Source: Oopsacas minuta (Eukaryota > Animalia > Porifera). Taken from it: 54,532 nucleotides of DNA. The translations under genes were made by a program, and so were the position numbers. Positions 46,751-54,532 of this stretch are shown piece after piece (the first letter of the stretch is position 1; every line of letters starts with the position of its first letter). Below the pieces are notes generated by a model. It was not told the DNA's origin. It was given only the letters and a program-made list of their open reading frames with translations, and searched no databases. The stretch is from contig JAKMXF010000042.1 of assembly GCA_024704765.1 (NCBI GenBank), positions 1 through 54,532 on the forward strand. The letters are read 5' to 3'.

Positions 46751-48306
46751 CTACAGTATACAACATTCTTCAGAGAAGAGGCTTGTGAAAGACATCTCCT
46801 TTTCAAGCTCTAATATTTCTGATTTTATCTTTTCCAGTGCTTCCTCTGGAGTGACTTTCTTGTGAATAGCCGCTTCAGGTCGAGACATAGTCTGAGACAC
46901 CCTCACTACAATATATTGTATTAGGAATGTTTCCATTTCGAATAGTGTACAATGTTCTTGTCTGGACTTCTTTTGCTGTTTTATGAGTCCTAAATAGTTG
47001 TATGTGCTATCAATATCAAAATATGGTGCTATTCTCTTGAATTCTGTTAGATTTGATTGAACTTTATCTGCCACTCTAATGCTTCCTTCGTTAGCTTTCT
47101 ATACTCATTGGTACAATTCTTTATGTCAGCTTCAATACGAGTCAATTGTGCCTTTGCTTGATCGAATGTTACTTTCTTGTCGTAAGTCACGTTTTGTTTG
47201 GTAGTTTCTTTCTCTTCAATAATGTAAGGATGATCCTCGTGATGTTTTATTTTCCACTTCTTTTGACAAAATTGACAGTTTCCGTTTATGTCGAAAGCTT
47301 CACATTGCTTTTTATCTTTTTTGAGGCAATCAGCATGACAAGTGAAATTGCACACTTTACAATGTGTAGTAGTTTTCTTAGTTGGTACAGAATATTTGAT
47401 TGTTGATGTCTCTTCTGTATAGTAATTCGTGTTATCCCGTATTAGCCCTTCTTTTGTGGATTTCTCATCTTGAAGTTTCTGATATTTCATCGTATGTGCC
47501 TTCATTTTGTCTAGACTCCCCAAGAACCCTTTACAGTTAACATTCAGTTGATGTTTTTGTTCCAGAATGTTATTAGTAGAATATTTTAAATGTATTACCT
47601 TTTTAGCATGAAGCTTGTCAATGAAGTTATTGATTAACTTTATATTTCTATCCCAGAACAGTTTGCTTATTTCAGGCATGCTAGATTCTCTCTCAAACAT
47701 TACTCCATTATTGATAGTGTATACCTTGTTGAGGTAGGAAAGGAAATGTATACCCTGTTAAGTCAGGTAGTATTCTTCATAATGAGATGGAAACGTGAGG
47801 AATTGGTAGACTTATGGTATGATCTCTTTCCCGAAGAAGGACAACATTTGGTTGAAGAGATACTTCTTCACTTGCTTTGTCTTCTCGCTACTTTTCTTAC
47901 TTATCACATCATTATACTTCTCAACAACAACTACAGCATCTAGATGTTGTATTTTGTGTAGAAAGTCTGCTATGTATTTGGATATGTTCATGTTGTATTC
48001 AAATCCGTTAGTATTGGAAAACCCAGGTGTATCCCAGAACATGTAGCTGTAGGTAGAATGCTCCACCTCCAGTTTATAGCCGTGTATCGCATCAGTTGAA
48101 CTGGCACCTGTTTGCTCTTCATTATCTATTACTTTGAATCTGAATTGAGTGGATTGCTCCATTTTGAGAAGAACGTTAGCAATAGAGTTAATAAGTGCAC
48201 TCTTACCACATCCTGTCTCTCCTATGATCAGTATCTGCTTGACTGTATCTTCTTGTTTTGCAAAGCCACTTTGAGTGATTTGGCATGACTGTAGTTTGGT
48301 ATTCAT
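46751..48306 (-). pseudogene. Septin/AIG1-like GTPase + coiled coil + Cys-rich domain, copy B (disrupted)
   Basis: IGETGCGKSALIN, WDTPGF; HCKVCNFTCHADC...CEAFDINGNCQFC; split over three ORFs. Confidence 0.85.
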
Positions 48307-49082
48307 TTTGTTTTGCTGCTTTTGTTTACCTTTTGCAAGTGCTAACTCTATTATGACCTGTTGGTTGTATGTTTGGTGATCGACTTAGCTAGATCTTCAT
48401 TACGTACTACTATACTTCCAATAATTGGCACACCATATCGCTTGTACTTCTCTACCAGCTGTAGGAAATCTGTTCTTGCATCTTGACATGTTATTTTCAA
48501 ATCTTCTTTTAATTCTTTGTCTGTTAAGGAAGAAGAATGTCTCTATTAATGTCACCTAAATCTTCAAAGTATATTTTCTTGAACTCGTTTGGAAATGTGG
48601 ATTCAAGGATCGATTTCGTTGTGTCTCAATCAGATTTTCTACTTTCACAAATGTGCATTGTTCTGTCATCTTCTAATCTCTCAGATAATTTGTGCTAGTC
48701 CATTTACCATAAAAGTCTTAATATTTTGATATTTGATTACACTTTTTTCGAATTATTCGACATTACCGATAATTTCAAGCCACCCTCCTTGTATAATAAA
48801 TACCGTATTGTCCTGAATACGCTCCGAGGTATTTCCTGCACAATAATAAGCGCCCAACGCTTTTCAGGGAAATGCAGTATTCATATGTATACGCGTACAT
48901 TTTGCAATATATTTCTTACTGATTGAATATATAAGGGATGGACTCTAGTAGTCCTTCTAAGCTCAGTAACTACTACCTGAACTAACATACTAGTAAACTA
49001 ATCTATATAGCACTAAGATGAGTACATAATTTCCTTATTGAGAATTCTAAGCAGGTCCTCTCTAAAAAGGAGACATGATTTC

Positions 49083-49845
49083 TTACACTATCTTTGAGGG
49101 TGCTAACTCCATCATTGATTCCGCTGTTAGACTCTTACTCTGTATCTGTATTTGCTCTTGCTTGGCAAGGTTTTCATACTGGATTGCTTTCTCTTGGTTC
49201 CCGCGTTTTGCTTCTGCCTCTGATATGGTTGTGAAATAGTTGTACATATCTAGTGAGTAGTTAGTATTGCTGTTTTCTTGAGACTCTGCAATTGATAATT
49301 GATTTGCCCAAGTAATTTGTTCATATCTTCTTGAGCTTTAGCTTTCTCCCTCTCAAGTGACCGTTTCATTTGTTCATAGACGGAAAGTTGTTTGGTCGCA
49401 TCATCAAAGAGTTGTTTGTCAGCCTTGACAATTTCTTCGCTTACTACTATGTCGTCTTTGTAGATGTAAGGGTGATTATCGTGCCAATCCCATTTACATC
49501 TATCTGGACAGACTCTACAATACCCATCTGTCATTGCCCAGCAGCTTGCTTTATCACTATTGTTTGAACATTTGCAATCTTCATGACACGTGTGGGTGCA
49601 TTGTTTGCAGAACATTGTCATGTTCTTGGTAGGAACTGGTACCTTTGTGTGTGTTTGAACTTTCTTTGTAAAGTGCTTCGTGCGTTCAATCTGACCTTTT
49701 TCAGCTTCCAGTTTCCTTAAGTTCTCTTCACAAATATACTTGATTACAAGAGCTTTGTCTAACTCAGAAGTGATAGCATTGATATTCATTTTTAGCTTTT
49801 CTCTATCTTCTATGACTGCTTTAGTTGTTGTTAAGCTAAAGGCAT
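49083..49845 (-). pseudogene. Septin/AIG1-like family copy C, C-terminal part only (5' end lost at an N)
   Basis: FCKQCTHTCHEDC...CWAMTDGYCRVCPDRCKWDWH plus coiled coils; its 3' flank is paralogous to the copy A flank; homology stops near the N at 49846. Confidence 0.8.
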
Positions 49846-50175
49846 NGAATCGCTATTCAACTTACGGCTGTTACCTTCCATACTTTGTTTTATATAATCC
49901 TGAAAATGATTGCGATTTAGTTTCCATTTTAAGTAGAGAGGAGCACGTGTGTTTGGCTTATTCTTATTGAATATGAGAATGGATAACTTTCCCCATACTG
50001 ACTTCGCCCTTCGCCTGTCTCCGTTATCCAAGGCTACCTTAAGTTTATCAAAATCATTGTAGCCCAGTTGGGTAATTGCAGTTACAAATTGTTCCAGAGA
50101 TGTCATAGTTGGAAGTAAGAACACAATCTATGCCAAAGAGAACGACTAATTTTCTGACACATTTGCATGTAACTA

Positions 50176-50551
50176 CAGTCAACTCCCCTTATATCGGAAA
50201 CAAGGGACCGCAATAATTACTTCTATATGCGCGGATTTCGATATAACCGATGACATTTATGTTTCTTTAACGATTTGTGACTATATTTGTATAATCACAG
50301 ACTTCGATATAGCGAGGATTTCTAATTATCCATCTTCGATATAGCGGGGATTTCTAATTATCCATCTTCGATATAGCGAGGATTTCTAATTATCCATCTT
50401 CGATATAGCGAGGATTTCTAATTATCCATCTTCGATATAGCGAGGATTTCTAATTATCCATCTTCGATATAGCGAGGATTTCTAATTATCCATCTTCGAT
50501 ATAGCGGGGATTTCTAATTATCCATCTTCGATATAGCGGGGATTGACTATG
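50176..50551. mobile_element. pogo/Tigger-like MITE containing a 32-bp tandem array
   Basis: Left TIR cagtcaactccccttatatcg, right cgatatagcggggattgact; TA flanks; 7 full units plus 1 partial unit at 50303-50548. Confidence 0.8.
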
Positions 50552-51729
50552 TAACATTACAAAATGAATTAAGAAAGATACTCAAATGATTGAATTGAAA
50601 TGAAATTTAGTAGAACTGTTGTATGAAGAAAATTTGTGGAAGAAATGAAGTTGAAATATAATAAAGTTGAAAAGTATCAAAAGTATTAAGGTTGTGAGAA
50701 ACGAAATAAATCAATTACTGTTACAAATGCTTTGTTGATTGATATTTACGTTCTTAATTCTTAATTTAATACAAAGTTCAAAAATCTAAACTGACATAAC
50801 TGGTCTTAATAATTGAGAAGGAATACATTTGACCTCAAAAATTCAGTCATCATAAGCGAGTTTACACTAAGAATATTCAAGTAATTAATACATAGCTACA
50901 AAGCATACAAATCATCAAGCAAAAATCGGTCGTCTATGTAATTCCTATGTAAAGTTCGGGCGTTAATAACTTTTCAAAAATAATATTTTAATTACAAATT
51001 GGATATACAGAATATAGCAAGTAAGATGTAAATATTATTAAAATCATAAGTTATTATTACAATTATTTTATGAGATATTAATACAAAACCTCAAACAAAA
51101 TTTAATGCAAAATTGCTTACTCATCATGTAAAATTTGGCGATTATGAGTGATGATATGAAATGTACCAACTTTCTTCTTGATACTGGTATGGTTCTTTTC
51201 AAAATAGGACCCATACTTTTTGAGAAAAAGGTGTTTTAGTGAGGATTTGAATCGGCTGCTAAGATAACACTCGTAGATTTGAGTGCTTGTCAAACACCAT
51301 TCCATTGTTATCTCAGCGAAATACTATCTCCCCCCAGCAATTGTTTATCGAAGAATAAAGTTCGCAATCTAGACTCGCAAAGGAACTTGGAATAATGCCG
51401 TGGTGAATTAAAGAAGAAACTACCAAAGTTCCAGTCTGAATAATGCTTGTATTTCTAGTACATATGTGTATTGTATTCATAATATTCAAACACAGTTTGT
51501 CTGTAGTTATTGGAGTAGTTATAGTGATAAATAATAATCACCACTATCCACCTTTATTCTATACTATTCAATGTAGACTATTATTATTGTTATTTCATCA
51601 TGTATCACTATTGTTGATATCTTACTATAGGAAATTAACCTTTCATGACAGTTAATACTACACCATATATTGTAATTCGGTTTATACACAATTCTTATCA
51701 CTTCTTTTCTGGTAATTCACTATATTTCC

Positions 51730-52720
51730 TGATAGAGAATATTCTCGTGCAATTCATGGTCAACTTCTGGAAGCAAAACTCGATGAATCCCCGTCAAGAG
51801 CGACTGTGTTTAGATGGTATCAAAGGTTTAATGAGCAGAGACTTTCGTTAAAGGACGATCCCAGAGTGGGCTGCTCTCGTTCCTCGACAGACGACATCCG
51901 TATTCATCAAATTCGTCAATTAATTGACACTGAACCTAAACAGTCAGTTCGAATACTAGCTGATACAACTGAGATTAGTAGAGAATCGGTTGGACGCATC
52001 CTAGTTGAGGTACTGGGGTTAAGTAAGGTCTGCTCTGTCTGGGTCCCACACCTGCTTTCTAAGGCTAACATGGACTCTAGGGTGGTCTGTGCTCAAGAAA
52101 TCGTCGAGATGATTGATAAATACTCAATGGCCGAATTTCTAAGGTGTTGGTCAACTGAGGACGAGAGTTGGGTGTTCTTTGATCCTCATCTACAAAGGCA
52201 GAGAACAAAGCATGGCTGGCCCCTGATCAGAAGCGTCCTCGAGTTGTCCGCCCTCAACTGACAATTCGTAAGGCATTAATCATTTTGGCATTTACTGGTT
52301 ATAGGAAATTCAGCGTTGCTCTCGCACCCCCCAAAGAGACAATAAATGCAGAGGTATATATTGACTTTATTCAATCCACTGAAGAAATATGGCGTAAACT
52401 TCACTCAAATCCAATAAAACTTTGTGATTTATGGGGGCAACATGACAACGCTAGACCCCATACTGTTAGAGCGACAATGAAATACCTTAAAAGGAGGGAT
52501 ATGATGTGAATTAAAGAATCGCCATACAGTCCAGACTTGAATTAGTGCGATAGGTGAGTTTTCAAGGAGCTTAAAAAGCATCTACGGCAAGATGAATATT
52601 CTAGCGCAGATGAAATCCAAAAGAGAACGCTGCAATTCATGAGACAGCTGACTGCAGAACGTTTCCCACTGGAAATTCAAAGATTTATAGACATTGTAAG
52701 GACAGTTGTCCACCCTTCTT
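51730..52720 (+). mobile_element. mariner (DD34D) transposase pseudogene
   Basis: PSRATVFRW, WVPHLL, TEDESW, HDNARPH...SPYSPDLN*CD with 34 residues between the D residues; stops and frameshifts; TIRs not identified. Confidence 0.88.
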
Positions 52721-53037
52721 TGACCCCCCATTTCACTTTTTATATGTTTGTATTTCTTTGTTCTTCCTTGTTTGTTGTTTACTTCACACTTCTCAATCAT
52801 ATTCAGGTCTGGAATAATTATTTATTGATATTTGTATATTTCGTATTTCTATAATTAGAACATTATTTACATCAACAAACACGTACTTTAATGATTTGTG
52901 TATTTACTTATTCAATTCATTTGTTTGTTTTATTCACACAATTCTAAGACTAAACGATGAGCGAAACGACAACTAGTTCAGACACGTAGCTATCACAGCT
53001 AGGCGAGTACAAAATCTTTCTATTTCAACAAATACTA

Positions 53038-53167
53038 CAGTGGAACCTCCAGGAGTGGGGAGATTGGAACTCGGATTTCAGAGGTTCACTTGCTTGAGAA
53101 TTGATGTAGTTGAAGCCTATCTTACGTCACGCATTTAAGAGAGTCCCCGCTTCTGGAGGGTCCATTG
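53038..53167. mobile_element. pogo/Tigger-like MITE, 130 bp
   Basis: cagtggaacctccaggagtgggga ... tccccgcttctggagggtccattg; TA TSD. Confidence 0.8.
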
Positions 53168-53720
53168 TATATCTCAATAAATACTACAATACTACATTCT
53201 ACATCATTATTATTGTTTGTTATATTATTATTATTTGTATGTATTTTAATCATCCTTCCCTTGTATAAAGTGAAAAATCCTCAACCTAGTCCATACTGAT
53301 TATACAGCATTCCAATGGCAATATGTATTGTCATGTTACTTATCATGATTGTTTACTTGTTTACATATACTGTGCACTTTATTTAGCGCCAAAATTAGTT
53401 TATCAACAATCTTCTACAATTGTCCCGAATTAGCTAATTATAGATTACCACACAAATAGAAACTGATAGCTAATACAGCATAGCAACTAATTCTTTATAA
53501 GGAATATGGGTGGTTATAACTGGAACTAATTTACATATTGAAAGCCATCTGACCTAACACATCCGTAATTCTGTAAGACAATAGTCTCGTGGTAGAGTTC
53601 AAGGAAAAAGTGATTAGTTGTGACTTTCTATTTCGCCACTTAACACCTGAATAATTAATGTATAAACTTGTATAAATACAGTCTGTAAATGAGAATAATC
53701 ATAAACAGAACAACAAACAA

Positions 53721-54532
53721 ATGGCCACCAAATACTCAGATGAAATTCCTACCAAGCATTTCGAACTAGAGGAACAGAAGATCCATTCCACCTTCGAGAA
53801 GATTATTAGGATTGCGACAGAAAGGAGAGATCAGCTGCTTGTCCAGCTGTTCGATATGAAGCAGGATTATCTAAGAAAGGAGGATACACGACAAAAACAA
53901 TTAGCAGACCTGGAGAAGATGATCAGACAATTAATGGAAACTAGCATTCAACAGAATGAAGTAGTAAAGCTGCAAGAAGATCAAATAAAGAATTTGAAAA
54001 ATGAACAAAAGAAATACGAAATAGAAACACCAATTCCAATCCCCTCCTTCTATATTGAGGGTCTAGACTCTCTCCTAGAACAGCTGGAGAAGTTGGGTTC
54101 TATTCAGGAGATAGCTGAACCCTACAAAAACAAGGCACAGCCTATCAGAAGGATAGGAAAACTTGGAAGGGAGAAAGGAGAGCTGAATGACCCTCGTGGA
54201 CTAGCTCTAGATGGAGATAAGATCTATATAGCAGATAAAGGCAATAATAGAATACAGATCTTCTCTACAGAAGGTAACTTCATTCATGAATTTGGTAAAG
54301 AGCAGCTAAAGAGTCCATTCGGTATAGCATTATACAAGGAATGGGGGTTTGTAAGTGATTGGCATAGTAATACTATTTTTAAATTCTCCAAAACAAATTA
54401 CAAATTAATTAAGAGTGTTAAGGAAGTTCTTAGTTTCCCTCTTGGTCTAACAACTGACACAAATGGAGAAGTGTTAGTTGCAGATTCTTGGAATAATAGA
54501 ATTGCAGTATTCAGCTCTGATTTAGAATATAT
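53721..54532 (+). CDS. Coiled-coil + NHL-repeat protein, paralogue of 2634-3659, running off the window end
   Basis: ATG at 53721, MATKYSDEIPTKHFELEEQK...; open to the window end; contains 47 extra coiled-coil residues. Confidence 0.9.
   Translation, partial: MATKYSDEIPTKHFELEEQKIHSTFEKIIRIATERRDQLLVQLFDMKQDYLRKEDTRQKQLADLEKMIRQLMETSIQQNEVVKLQEDQIKNLKNEQKKYEIETPIPIPSFYIEGLDSLLEQLEKLGSIQEIAEPYKNKAQPIRRIGKLGREKGELNDPRGLALDGDKIYIADKGNNRIQIFSTEGNFIHEFGKEQLKSPFGIALYKEWGFVSDWHSNTIFKFSKTNYKLIKSVKEVLSFPLGLTTDTNGEVLVADSWNNRIAVFSSDLEY

Noticed and set aside
49840-50124. Apparent fusion of GTPase copy C to an unrelated ORF (49831-50124)
   Set aside because: The junction coincides with an ambiguous N at 49846, likely an assembly join, so it cannot be treated as biological
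50303-50548. CRISPR-like regular 32-bp repeats
   Set aside because: Units are contiguous with no unique spacers, lie inside a MITE, and there are no cas genes; this is a minisatellite
1-54532. Prokaryotic or viral origin of the intronless genes
   Set aside because: Spliceosomal intron signals, metazoan gene fragments (TLK, LRP) and eukaryotic TEs are interleaved throughout; lack of introns alone is not evidence of HGT

Overview
AT-rich eukaryotic (animal) genomic DNA. Evidence: GT-AG introns, metazoan gene families and many cut-and-paste DNA transposon relics. The intron-poor genes, expanded RING-less 'MAT...' NHL-repeat proteins and orphan 7TM genes resemble what I recall of glass sponge (hexactinellid) genomes; this is inference, not a database result. 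Intact ORFs: a coiled-coil+NHL gene (2634-3659) and its longer paralogue (53721-end); a single-exon 2OG-Fe(II) prolyl-hydroxylase-like / F-box / actin-fold fusion (11295-13379, the best novelty candidate); an orphan 7TM gene (25062-26210); and a 1+7 TM receptor with Frizzled/Smoothened-like features and no CRD (37266-39167), flanked by 339-bp direct repeats. Disrupted genes: three more NHL paralogues, three septin/AIG1-like GTPases with a Cys-rich domain, and fragments of TLK, an LRP-like YWTD-EGF protein and a large secreted repeat protein. Mobile DNA: maT DD37D, Tc1 DD34E, mariner DD34D, several hATs, MULE, a Mutator-type foldback element with 9-bp TSD, KDZ and THAP/P-like relics, many MITEs and a Helentron-like dispersed repeat. 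No CRISPR, rRNA or tRNA was recognised. All homology calls come from motif recognition by eye and need HMM or structure confirmation.
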